From contig NC_004459.3 of NCBI RefSeq assembly GCF_000039765.1, forward strand, positions 1,500,001 through 1,532,000: DNA of 32,000 bases. Direction: 5' to 3'. Of the stretch, positions 20,598 through 28,908 are shown in pieces; position 1 is the stretch's first letter, and each line of letters begins with the position of its first letter. Source of the DNA: Vibrio vulnificus CMCP6 (GTDB lineage: Bacteria > Pseudomonadota > Gammaproteobacteria > Enterobacterales > Vibrionaceae). The translations under genes were made by a program, and so were the position numbers. The notes under the pieces were generated by a model, which was not told the origin of the DNA, searched no databases, and saw only the letters and a program-made list of their open reading frames with translations.

Positions 20598-21254
20598 TTA
20601 TTCCTCAATTTTGGCGCCTTCTGGAGTGCCGGTAATGACCACGTCAGCACCGCGATGAGCAAATAGGCCGACAGTGACGACACCTGGGATGCCGTTGATC
20701 TGATCTTCCAGCTGTTTTGGATTGGTGATCTTCATACCGTAAACATCAAGGATGACGTTACCGTTGTCAGTAATCACCCCTTCGCGGTAACAAGGATCAC
20801 CACCCAGTTTAACCAATTGACGCGCAACGTATGAGCGAGCCATTGGGATGACTTCAACAGGAAGAGGGAAAGTCCCAAGAACATCGACAGCCTTTGTGCC
20901 ATCAACGATACAGATAAACTTGTCCGCAATCGCCGCAACGATCTTCTCGCGAGTGAGCGCCGCGCCACCGCCTTTGATCATTTCACGATCGGCGTTGATT
21001 TCGTCCGCGCCATCAACATAAATGTCTAAAGATGCGACTTCATTGCAGTCGAAAATTTTAATACCTAGCGCTTCAAGTTTCTCTGTTGATGCAACAGAGC
21101 TGGATACCGCACCTTTGATCTCTTCACTCATGGTTCCAAGAGCATCGATGAAGTGATTAACCGTTGAGCCTGTTCCTACGCCAACAATGCTGCCTTTTTC
21201 CACATATTTGAGCGCTGCCCAACCAGCGGCTTTTTTCATTTCATCTTGAGTCAT
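20598..21254 (-). CDS. rpiA: Ribose-5-phosphate isomerase A
   Basis: [18 protein letters not shown]-like; [36 protein letters not shown] start is better spaced from aggag than the upstream M. Confidence 0.96.
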   Translation of the reverse strand: MTQDEMKKAAGWAALKYVEKGSIVGVGTGSTVNHFIDALGTMSEEIKGAVSSSVASTEKLEALGIKIFDCNEVASLDIYVDGADEINADREMIKGGGAALTREKIVAAIADKFICIVDGTKAVDVLGTFPLPVEVIPMARSYVARQLVKLGGDPCYREGVITDNGNVILDVYGMKITNPKQLEDQINGIPGVVTVGLFAHRGADVVITGTPEGAKIEE

Positions 21255-21306
21255 GCTCATCTCCTGAATTGATGAAGGATAGTTCGTGCCGCGCGATTAT
21301 AACGAG

Positions 21307-21906
21307 TTAAACGTCGTTTTCCCATTGCCAGATTTGGCTTGGGGTCACGATCTTAGGCAAAGGAATATCCCAAACTTCGCAAGGTAGCTGCTCAACATGC
21401 TGGCAATCATGGGCGATACCGATAGGCTTGGCACCTAAGCCAGTGCGAAACCAACGCTCTAAGGTGCGGTCATAGTAGCCGCCTCCCATACCGAGCCTTT
21501 GCCCTGTACTGTCAAAGGCGACCAGTGGCGTACAAATTAAATCAAGCTCTGCGAGTGGGATGATATGACGTTTATCAAGCTTGGGCTCAAGGATACCGTA
21601 GCGGTTGTAGATCAAATCGGTGTGGCGATGGTAGTGCAGAAAAAGAAGCTGCCCTTTGGAAAAAGGATGGATGACCGGGAGATACACTTGCTTACCCAGT
21701 TCCCAAAGCCATTCAATCAACGGTTTGGTATCGAGCTCTCCGTCAGCAGAAAGATAGAGGGCGATGTGTTGCGCGTCAGTGAGTTCATCGAGCTGGGCAA
21801 AGTGGGCTGTCAAATCCAGCGCAGCTTGATATTGAGTATCACTGCATAATTGATTGCGTCTTTGGCGGATAAGTGTACGGATGTCTTGCCGGGAAAGATT
21901 TTGCAT
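21307..21906 (-). CDS. ygfA: 5-formyltetrahydrofolate cyclo-ligase family protein
   Basis: TPLVAFDSTGQRLGMGGGYYDRTLERW; IGIAHDCQHVEQLPCEVWDIPL; directly downstream of 6S RNA. Confidence 0.92.
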   Translation of the reverse strand: MQNLSRQDIRTLIRQRRNQLCSDTQYQAALDLTAHFAQLDELTDAQHIALYLSADGELDTKPLIEWLWELGKQVYLPVIHPFSKGQLLFLHYHRHTDLIYNRYGILEPKLDKRHIIPLAELDLICTPLVAFDSTGQRLGMGGGYYDRTLERWFRTGLGAKPIGIAHDCQHVEQLPCEVWDIPLPKIVTPSQIWQWENDV

Positions 21907-21908
21907 AG

Positions 21909-22092
21909 AGGATACCCCAGAGTGCCGTCGCGGATTGTGGCCCTTGAACCAGCTGGTTCAAGGCGGATCGGCAATGATTACCGTAGGCTTCTCGGTACGG
22001 GCCAAGCTTGCTCAATAGCGATCAAGTACCAACCCTTTGGTGTTGCTTATCGGCTCAGGGACTTTAATCCGGCTGACAAACACTCCAGGGTA
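21909..22092 (-). ncRNA. ssrS: 6S RNA
   Basis: - strand has accctggagtgtttgtcag...tccctgagccgata...ccgagaagcct...ccttgaaccagctggttcaagggccacaatccgcgacggcactctggggtatcc. This matches remembered E. coli 6S blocks, and it sits between zapA and ygfA. Ends approximate. Confidence 0.92.
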
Positions 22093-22100
22093 AAATGCTG

Positions 22101-22412
22101 TTATTGCGCCGATCCTTGCGTGACTTTCATTAGCGCTTTATCAAGCGAATCGGTGAGCTGTTCCATTCGCTCTACCATCAGTTGTTGCTGTTCATTGCTC
22201 GCACTGCTCTTGCTGTTGAGCTCGTAACAGATGTTCAGTGCCGCGAAAGTCAGTAACTGGATCTCATTAGTTACCTTAGTACGTTCGCTCATCTCTTTCA
22301 AACGGGCATCGAGATCTTGAGCAGCTGCGACCAACGCCTCTTCCTGCCCTGGAGGACAGTTAACACGGGTGATTTTGCCAAGAATTTCAACGTCTACCGC
22401 TTGGTTGCTCAT
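22101..22412 (-). CDS. zapA: Cell division protein ZapA
   Basis: MSNQAVDVEILGKITRVNCPPGQEEALVAAAQDLDARL; LTFAALNICYEL. Confidence 0.94.
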   Translation of the reverse strand: MSNQAVDVEILGKITRVNCPPGQEEALVAAAQDLDARLKEMSERTKVTNEIQLLTFAALNICYELNSKSSASNEQQQLMVERMEQLTDSLDKALMKVTQGSAQ

Positions 22413-22658
22413 GATGGATTAACTCTATAACGCGCGAACTGAGATGCTGTACTCAACAACGACTGAGGAACAAACTATAGGTAAAGCGCTATCAAGATTC
22501 AAGCATTTCACAACGTCTTGAGATAAATGTGACAACAAGAAGTCAGTTATTGGACAATTTGCTCATTTGCTATGCAGAAAACGCGTTTATCATCGTTTTC
22601 GCTCAAGGCGCTAAATGGTAGGATTACTCCCCACAGATGATCACTATGAAGAAAGACA

Positions 22659-23234
22659 ATGAGTAAAAATCAACTTCCAAGCTACCAAGTCGTTGCTGAT
22701 GAAATGAAAATGGCCACTCTGGCGGTAACTCCAGCGGAACTGCATGGATTACTTGCAGGCCTGATCAGTGGTGGTTTGTCACAGCAAGATCAAAGTTGGC
22801 AGCCAATGTTGTTTGATTATACCAATGATGGCATGGGTTGGCCGAGTGCGGCGTTGGAACAGGCGCAAGCGTTGTTTAACGTGACTTCAGCTCAGTTAAC
22901 CAGTGATGAAATGGTGTTAAACCTGTTGTTGCCAAACGCAGAAGGTGAAGAAGCCATTTTTGCGTTGGCGGATGCCCTTTCTGATTGGGTTAATCATTAT
23001 ATTTCTGGTTTGGGCTTAGCGGGAGCAGCGTTCAACAAGGCGTCAGAAGAGGCGAAAGAAGCACTGGCGGATCTCGAAGAGATGGCTCGTCTCGGTGTTG
23101 ATGAAGACGACGATTTGCAAGAGCAAGCAGAGTTGCTGGAACAAGTTATTGAACATGTTAAAGCGTGTACGTTGCTGATTCATGCAGAGTTTGGCGCCAA
23201 AACGTCTTCCTCTGAAACCCCGACCATTCATTAA
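22659..23234 (+). CDS. ygfB: UPF0149 family protein YgfB
   Basis: [13 protein letters not shown]; [14 protein letters not shown]; divergent from zapA, upstream of ubiH. Confidence 0.9.
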   Translation: MSKNQLPSYQVVADEMKMATLAVTPAELHGLLAGLISGGLSQQDQSWQPMLFDYTNDGMGWPSAALEQAQALFNVTSAQLTSDEMVLNLLLPNAEGEEAIFALADALSDWVNHYISGLGLAGAAFNKASEEAKEALADLEEMARLGVDEDDDLQEQAELLEQVIEHVKACTLLIHAEFGAKTSSSETPTIH

Positions 23235-23248
23235 TCTTAGGGGCGGAA

Positions 23249-24424
23249 ATGACGCAATATGATGTTGTAATTGCTGGCGGAGCAATGGCTGGGGCGACGC
23301 TCGCTTTGGCACTTTCGCACCTGACGGATAATAAATTGAACGTCGCGGTTGTCGAACCTTATCAGGTGGATACCAGTCACCCGGGGTTCGATTCTCGCTC
23401 AATAGCACTCTCATATGGCACCGTTGATATTTTGCGTCGTTTCCAACTCTGGTCATCGATAGCGCCTTGTGCCACGCCGATTACGGATATTCACGTTTCT
23501 GATCGCTCTCATCTGGCAATGACCGATATTTCCGCGCAACAAGTTGGCGTTGACGCACTGGGTTATGTGGTGGAGTTGGCGGATGTTGGGCGTATCTATC
23601 AGTCGTTATTGCAGCGTTGTGAGTCCATTTCCCTCTACACCCCTGCCGCAGTGGAACGCGTGGAGCGATTCACGGATAGCGTTGCGGTGCATTTGAATAA
23701 TGGAGAAACGCTGCAGGCAAAACTGCTGGTGGCCGCTGATGGGGCAGTCTCCAATTGTTGCCAGCAACTGGGCATGCCCCTTGCGCAGCATGATTTTGAA
23801 CAAACCGCTGTCATTGCTAATGTTGTGACAGAACAGGCGCATCGTGGGCGTGCGTTTGAACGCTTTACTGAGCATGGTCCAGTCGCGTTACTGCCGATGT
23901 CTGACAATCGCATGTCTTTGGTGTGGTGCCTGCCTCCGGATTTAGCTGAGCAGGTGATGTTGTTATCTGAAGAGCAATTTTTGGCACGTTTGCAGCAAGA
24001 GTTTGGTTGGCGGTTAGGTCAAATGCAAAAAGTGGGCATGAGGGCGAGTTATCCGCTGATATTACGTCATCGAGAACAGAACATCTCTCATCGCTTTGCT
24101 GTGGTAGGTAACGCGGCGCAAACCTTACATCCGATTGCAGGACAAGGGTTTAATCTTGGTATTCGCGATGTGGCCTCATTGGCAGAAGAGATCACCAAAC
24201 AGCTTGATGATGTTGGGGCGTATTCTTCTCTTATGCGCTTTAAGCAGCGCCGTTGTGGTGACCGACAAAACACCATTTGGATGACGACCAGTTTGGTACA
24301 CCTTTTCTCTAATGATTACCTTGCACTCAGAGTGGCTCGCAACCTCGGGCTAGTGATGATGGATAATCTTTCTGGGCTGAAACAGCCACTATTACGCCAG
24401 ACATTAGGTCTGGTGAGCCGATAG
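23249..24424 (+). CDS. ubiH: UbiH, 2-octaprenyl-6-methoxyphenol hydroxylase (FAD monooxygenase)
   Basis: YDVVIAGGAMAGATLALAL; DGAVSNCCQQLG; VVGNAAQTLHPIAGQGFNLGIRDVASLAEEI. Confidence 0.93.
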   Translation: MTQYDVVIAGGAMAGATLALALSHLTDNKLNVAVVEPYQVDTSHPGFDSRSIALSYGTVDILRRFQLWSSIAPCATPITDIHVSDRSHLAMTDISAQQVGVDALGYVVELADVGRIYQSLLQRCESISLYTPAAVERVERFTDSVAVHLNNGETLQAKLLVAADGAVSNCCQQLGMPLAQHDFEQTAVIANVVTEQAHRGRAFERFTEHGPVALLPMSDNRMSLVWCLPPDLAEQVMLLSEEQFLARLQQEFGWRLGQMQKVGMRASYPLILRHREQNISHRFAVVGNAAQTLHPIAGQGFNLGIRDVASLAEEITKQLDDVGAYSSLMRFKQRRCGDRQNTIWMTTSLVHLFSNDYLALRVARNLGLVMMDNLSGLKQPLLRQTLGLVSR

Positions 24425-24437
24425 CGAGTAAAACAAA

Positions 24438-25670
24438 ATGATACAAAGTGTGGATGTGGCGATCGTTGGCGGTGGCATGGTGGGACTGGCGCTGGCCGCG
24501 GCATTTAAAGACAGTGATTTGCGTGTAGCAGTGATTGAAGGGCAGGCTCCAAATCTGCAAATGAATGAACTGCCGGATGTGAGAGTTTCCGCGCTCAGTC
24601 GTTCCAGCGAACATATCTTAAAAAATCTGGGTGCTTGGCAATCCATTGTGGAAAAACGAGCCTCTCCTTATGTGGCGATGGAAGTGTGGGATCAAGACAG
24701 TTTTGGCCACATTGACTTTAGTGCGGATGCGATGGCACAGCCGGATCTTGGCCATATTGTTGAAAATCGCGTCATTCAACTGGCACTTTTGGAGCAGGTT
24801 AACAAGCTGGATAATGTGATGGTGCTGATGCCTTGTCAGTGTCAATCGATGAGTGTAGGAGAGAGCGAAGTGTGGTTGTCGCTCGACAATGGTCAGGCGC
24901 TCACGGCCAAATTGGTGGTTGGTGCTGATGGCGCCAATTCTTGGGTTCGACGTCAGCAGGATATCCCGCTAACTCATTGGGATTATGGCCATTCTGCGAT
25001 CGTAGCCAATGTTCGCACCGTCGAGCCACATGGCTCAGTTGCACGTCAAATTTTTACTCCTCAAGGACCTTTGGCCTTCCTGCCAATGTCTGAAGAGAAC
25101 ATGACCTCGATTGTGTGGTCGACTGAATCACTGCGCGCAACGAGTTTGATGGCGATGTCAGACCGTGAGTTCAATAAGGCGCTGAGTGCCGAATTTGATA
25201 TGCGTTTGGGACTGTGCGAAGTGGTTGGGGAGCGTTTTAGCGTGCCACTGAAAATGCGTTTTGCTCGAGATTTTGTCAAAGAGCGTGTCGCCCTGATTGG
25301 TGACGCTGCACACACAATCCATCCGTTGGCGGGGCAAGGTGTGAACTTGGGCTTGCTCGACGCTGCCAGTCTGGCGCAAGAGATCCTCGCGCTTTGGCAA
25401 CGTGGTGAAGACATTGGTACCAAGCGCAACCTGCGTCGTTTTGAACGTTGGCGTAAAGCGGAAGCGGCGCAAATGATTGCCGCGATGCAAGGTTTTCGAG
25501 AGTTGTTTGCCGGCTCTAATCCGTTGAAAAAGTTCTTACGTGGCGTTGGTTTGACAATGGCAGGACACCTTCCGGGTGCTAAAGAGCAAATCATGAGACG
25601 TGCGTTGGGATTGGATGGCGAACTTCCTGAGTTGGCGAAACGTCGTCAACCAGAGCTGATTCGCTCATAG
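24438..25670 (+). CDS. ubiI: UbiI/VisC-like ubiquinone-pathway FAD monooxygenase
   Basis: VDVAIVGGGMVGLALAAAF; GADGANSWVRRQ; LIGDAAHTIHPLAGQGVNLGLLDAASLAQEI; directly downstream of ubiH. Confidence 0.92.
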   Translation: MIQSVDVAIVGGGMVGLALAAAFKDSDLRVAVIEGQAPNLQMNELPDVRVSALSRSSEHILKNLGAWQSIVEKRASPYVAMEVWDQDSFGHIDFSADAMAQPDLGHIVENRVIQLALLEQVNKLDNVMVLMPCQCQSMSVGESEVWLSLDNGQALTAKLVVGADGANSWVRRQQDIPLTHWDYGHSAIVANVRTVEPHGSVARQIFTPQGPLAFLPMSEENMTSIVWSTESLRATSLMAMSDREFNKALSAEFDMRLGLCEVVGERFSVPLKMRFARDFVKERVALIGDAAHTIHPLAGQGVNLGLLDAASLAQEILALWQRGEDIGTKRNLRRFERWRKAEAAQMIAAMQGFRELFAGSNPLKKFLRGVGLTMAGHLPGAKEQIMRRALGLDGELPELAKRRQPELIRS

Positions 25671-25679
25671 TGAGAATAA

Positions 25680-25713
25680 AAAGAAAGGGCTGAAAATCAG
25701 CCCTTTCTTTTTT
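25680..25713. terminator. Terminator between ubiI and the convergent small ORF
   Basis: aaagaaagggctg-aaaat-cagccctttctttttttt. Confidence 0.85.
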
Positions 25714-25752
25714 TTGAATTCAGTGGGTTATCTTGTTTTATCGACAAGACAA

Positions 25753-25959
25753 TTAAGCGTAGGCACAGCGCAGCTTCATGATCTCCTGATTGACTTCTTT
25801 CACGGTTTGAAAATGCTTTTGCTCAGCTTTTGCTGGCAGGATCAATTTACCATTATCAAACTCAAATTTTCCTACGCCGTAAATGTAAATTCTTCCCTTA
25901 AATAGTCGACTCACGTGTTTAGCAATCATACCTGGTGTATAGCGCTTAAACAGTCTCAT
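25753..25959 (-). CDS. Small protein of unknown function (68 aa)
   Basis: MRLFKRYTPGMIAKHVSRLFKGRIYIYGVGKFEFDNGKLILPAKAEQKHFQTVKEVNQEIMKLRCAYA. Fills the space between a terminator and an upstream AT-rich region; composition looks protein-like. Confidence 0.68.
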   Translation of the reverse strand: MRLFKRYTPGMIAKHVSRLFKGRIYIYGVGKFEFDNGKLILPAKAEQKHFQTVKEVNQEIMKLRCAYA

Positions 25960-26310
25960 ACTTACTTTCCTTTTTTCTCAATCAGCTCCGCTAGTCTAAC
26001 AGTTACTGTGACTTAAATGTGTGACATCTCTGGATTAAAATAGAGCTAAGTCTTTCGTGTTTAGATAATTGTGCTGAGCTAGACAAATTTCCCCATAATT
26101 GCCCTCAATTTAGTGAGGTTAAGCTCAAAATGGTCATGCAAACGGAACCTTAATGTTATCTGTCTCTTTTCGAATCATGGTCACTCATGTTTTACGTGAC
26201 GCATTAAGCAATAGTTTTGTTACAAGAATAAGAATAGTTGGTAATTATTTGTTACGCACTATGAGGTGGCTATTTATGGGGAAAAGATTCACTCGAATAG
26301 GTTGGAGCCT

Positions 26311-26334
26311 AAAAAAAAGCCCGCAACAGCGGGC
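26311..26334 (-). terminator. Strong Rho-independent terminator on the - strand, with no annotated gene immediately upstream
   Basis: - strand reads gcccgc-tgtt-gcgggc-tttttttt. Confidence 0.8.
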
Positions 26335-26547
26335 GAATAGTCACAGATGCATTACACAAAAGTGGATTTCCTGACTAAGGTCAGTGGATTCACTTGGGTC
26401 AACTGAACGCTCATTGAGCGGTCAATCAACAAATTCAGGTTATCCTAAAATAATCGCCGTGACTATTTATGTTTTTAATGTGACTAAAAATTCTGTTGGG
26501 ATTTTTCTGTTGATTTGAAGTTGATCACAAATTGTGGGCGCAATCGA

Positions 26548-27060
26548 TTACTTTTGGTGGGTTGGGAATGTGCCTAGCTCACTAGAACGACAAATGTCAG
26601 CCCAGATGGGGGGGCTGAGTTGAGCTAGGCTTGTTAACGATAAAGCCACTCCTGCCATATTGTTTCCGCTGCTGATGGTGACCATCGACTCCGCTTGGAG
26701 TGCATGGTCAAAGACAATCGGCATAGGGGTTTTCAGTAACAGGGGAGTCACGGTGCCCAGTTGATATCCTGTAATTGCATAAATTTGCGAACTGTCAACA
26801 CAGGTCATGCGCCGATAATCCATTAATGCTCTGACTTTTTTCGGATCAACAGCGCGATCGCCTGGTGCACACGCCAGTACATAGCGATCACTCATATCAC
26901 GCAGCAAAATGCATTTGACCATTTGCGCAGGACGAATCCCCCGCTGTTTGGCTGCATCTTCGATGGTGGTTGCTGGTGTTTGATGAGGCAACAGACGATA
27001 GGGCACCTGTTGCTCATCAAGATAGCGGGTCAATGCTGTGGACAAATCACTATTCGTCAT
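26548..27060 (-). CDS. YbaK/EbsC (aminoacyl-tRNA deacylase) domain protein
   Basis: LPHQTPATTIEDAAKQRGIRPAQMVKCILLRDMSDRYVLACAPGDRAVDPKKVRALM...TPLLLKTPMPIVFD. Start at MTNSDLS (ATG 27058-27060) overlaps the ygfZ stop. Confidence 0.82.
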   Translation of the reverse strand: MTNSDLSTALTRYLDEQQVPYRLLPHQTPATTIEDAAKQRGIRPAQMVKCILLRDMSDRYVLACAPGDRAVDPKKVRALMDYRRMTCVDSSQIYAITGYQLGTVTPLLLKTPMPIVFDHALQAESMVTISSGNNMAGVALSLTSLAQLSPPIWADICRSSELGTFPTHQK

Positions 27061-28024
27061 CGAGGGAATACGGTAGGGGCTCTCGTTGCCACAATTGCTC
27101 ACTTTGACCTGCTAGGCGAAATTGCGTCTCGGGCTCCAGATCATTTGGTAGCACAAAGAGTCCGGTCGCGCGCCCATCATCAAAGTGATAACTCACCAAC
27201 GCTTCACCAGCCGCGCGCCAGTTATCGCCCACACTGCGTTCCAAGCTGATCGTTGTCTCTGGTGCTGATGGTGCTATGGTGCCAGAGAGTCGATACAGAG
27301 CTCGCTTGTTGATGCCACGATATTTGGCTCGTGCAACGGTCTCTTGGCCTGTGTAGCAGCCCTTTTTAAAGCTGATGCCATTCACCGCCTGCAAATTTAC
27401 CGCTTGAGGAATGTGCTCATTTTGGGCAAAAGCAGGGATGCGTGGAGCGACTTCTAGGATATCGTAAAGATCCCAAAGAGCGTGGTCACACAACGGCGCT
27501 GTCGCCAACATGGCAAGCACTTCATCTTGTTGGTTTGCATCTACGACCAATAACCAGCGCTGTGGTGAGATCTTTACCGCTGTCCCTTGGGCAAAGGTTA
27601 CCACTGCCGCCTCTGCATTGTTGGTCAGTTTCGCGATGGCTTGTTCCGCTTGTACACCGCAAACGCCCAGCAAGATGGCATCGCTAACATTGATTTCAAC
27701 CTTGGCAAAGACGGCGTATTTTTTGAGTTCACGCAACTCCACGTCAATGGCTGACTTATCTTGCAACATTGCGTAGCCGTCGGCGTAATGAAACAGACGG
27801 AAGACACTCCACAGCTTGCCTTTTGCATCGCAGTGGCCGCCCCAAGTCACTTGATCCGTTTCTAAAGAAACGACGTCGCAAGTCACCTGACCTTGAAGGT
27901 ACGATTTTTTATCGTTACCTGTCATGGTAATCAGACCAAGATTATCTAATAAGCTGACGGCGAGCTCTGGTAACGCTTGTTGGCTGCCAAGTACGCATCG
28001 TTGGATTGGTTGAGTCGATTGCAT
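27050..28024 (-). CDS. ygfZ: tRNA-modifying / Fe-S cluster-related folate-binding protein YgfZ
   Basis: LITMTGNDKKSYLQGQVTCDV; signature FKKGCYTGQETVARAKYRG; start at MQSTQPIQ (28024). Confidence 0.93.
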   Translation of the reverse strand: MQSTQPIQRCVLGSQQALPELAVSLLDNLGLITMTGNDKKSYLQGQVTCDVVSLETDQVTWGGHCDAKGKLWSVFRLFHYADGYAMLQDKSAIDVELRELKKYAVFAKVEINVSDAILLGVCGVQAEQAIAKLTNNAEAAVVTFAQGTAVKISPQRWLLVVDANQQDEVLAMLATAPLCDHALWDLYDILEVAPRIPAFAQNEHIPQAVNLQAVNGISFKKGCYTGQETVARAKYRGINKRALYRLSGTIAPSAPETTISLERSVGDNWRAAGEALVSYHFDDGRATGLFVLPNDLEPETQFRLAGQSEQLWQREPLPYSLDDE

Positions 28025-28220
28025 GTTATTCGCTATCCATAAAGTCGATTTATTGAGGTATGTTAATCTGCAAGTGACCATTTGTCAGCAGAGGAAATGT
28101 AGGGGCTTCCCTTTGTTGAGATGCGATTGCTACTCAGTTTGTGACATATCTACTAGTGGCAAATCGGTAGCCTTGTTACACTCCGCGCTAAATTATAAAT
28201 ACTTTGGTGGGGAATAGCCG

Positions 28221-28481
28221 ATGTACACTACAGAAGAAAAAGCACGTATCCGCTGGGCATGTCGCCGTGGCATGTTAGAGCTGGACGTGGTTGTTATGCC
28301 TTTTTTTGAAGAGTGTTTTGAGAAGCTCAGCGAACAAGAACAACGTGACTTCGTCTCTTTATTGGAGTGCGATGATCCCGATTTGTTTACTTGGGTGATG
28401 GGGCATGGACGAAGTGAGAATCTTGGTCATGCGTCAATGGTAGATAAAATTGTCGCACACAACCTCAGTAAGGTTCGTTAA
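28221..28481 (+). CDS. sdhE: FAD assembly factor SdhE / YgfY (CptB-like)
   Basis: KARIRWACRRGMLELDVVVMPFFEECFEKLSEQEQRDFVSLLECDDPDLFTWVMG. Confidence 0.94.
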   Translation: MYTTEEKARIRWACRRGMLELDVVVMPFFEECFEKLSEQEQRDFVSLLECDDPDLFTWVMGHGRSENLGHASMVDKIVAHNLSKVR

Positions 28482-28881
28482 CCTTAATCTCAATGACTCT
28501 CGTGGCGCTCGGATGGTTGATGGCTTGATTGCTATCAGCATCATCTGGGCGTTACTTTTTTCTCCCTTTCCGCTTGTTGTCGTAGTCGCCCTGTTTTACC
28601 CCCTCTATCAATTTCAAACCATACATGGTTTCTGTTATCCCGCATGGCAAGGTGCGGTGTCTGTAAACGCTTCTGGGGCCATTAAATATCAACGGCAGGT
28701 TGAGCATATCCACTCATTGAGTTTGTTGTTTTATTGGTGGTTTGTTTCAATAAAGCTGGCCAATGGGCGGCGCTATTTGATTTGGCGAGATAGCTGTCAG
28801 GATTCGGATTATCGACAGTTGATGATTGTGCTAAAACAGTGGCAACAAAAAGGGGAACTGAATTCGTTCCCCAAGTCATAA
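28450..28881 (+). CDS. ygfX: YgfX/CptA-like small membrane protein
   Basis: 143 aa with N-terminal hydrophobic segments; overlaps sdhE by 32 bp in the usual sdhE-ygfX arrangement. Confidence 0.75.
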   Translation: MSHTTSVRFVNLNLNDSRGARMVDGLIAISIIWALLFSPFPLVVVVALFYPLYQFQTIHGFCYPAWQGAVSVNASGAIKYQRQVEHIHSLSLLFYWWFVSIKLANGRRYLIWRDSCQDSDYRQLMIVLKQWQQKGELNSFPKS

Positions 28882-28908
28882 AAAAAGATGAACAGTGATA
28901 AAAGTGGT

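Noticed and set aside
23249-25670. Tandem FAD monooxygenase genes as a possible recent duplication
   Set aside because: ubiH and ubiI (visC) are a standard, ancient paralogous pair in gammaproteobacteria; their sequences are clearly diverged.
26153-26374. 73-aa + strand ORF in the ubiI-ygfZ gap
   Set aside because: It reads through the strong terminator hairpin, has low-quality composition and no recognisable family.
26923-27249. 108-aa + strand ORF opposite the YbaK-domain/ygfZ junction
   Set aside because: It is antisense to two well-supported frames and is cysteine/serine/arginine rich in a way typical of shadow ORFs.
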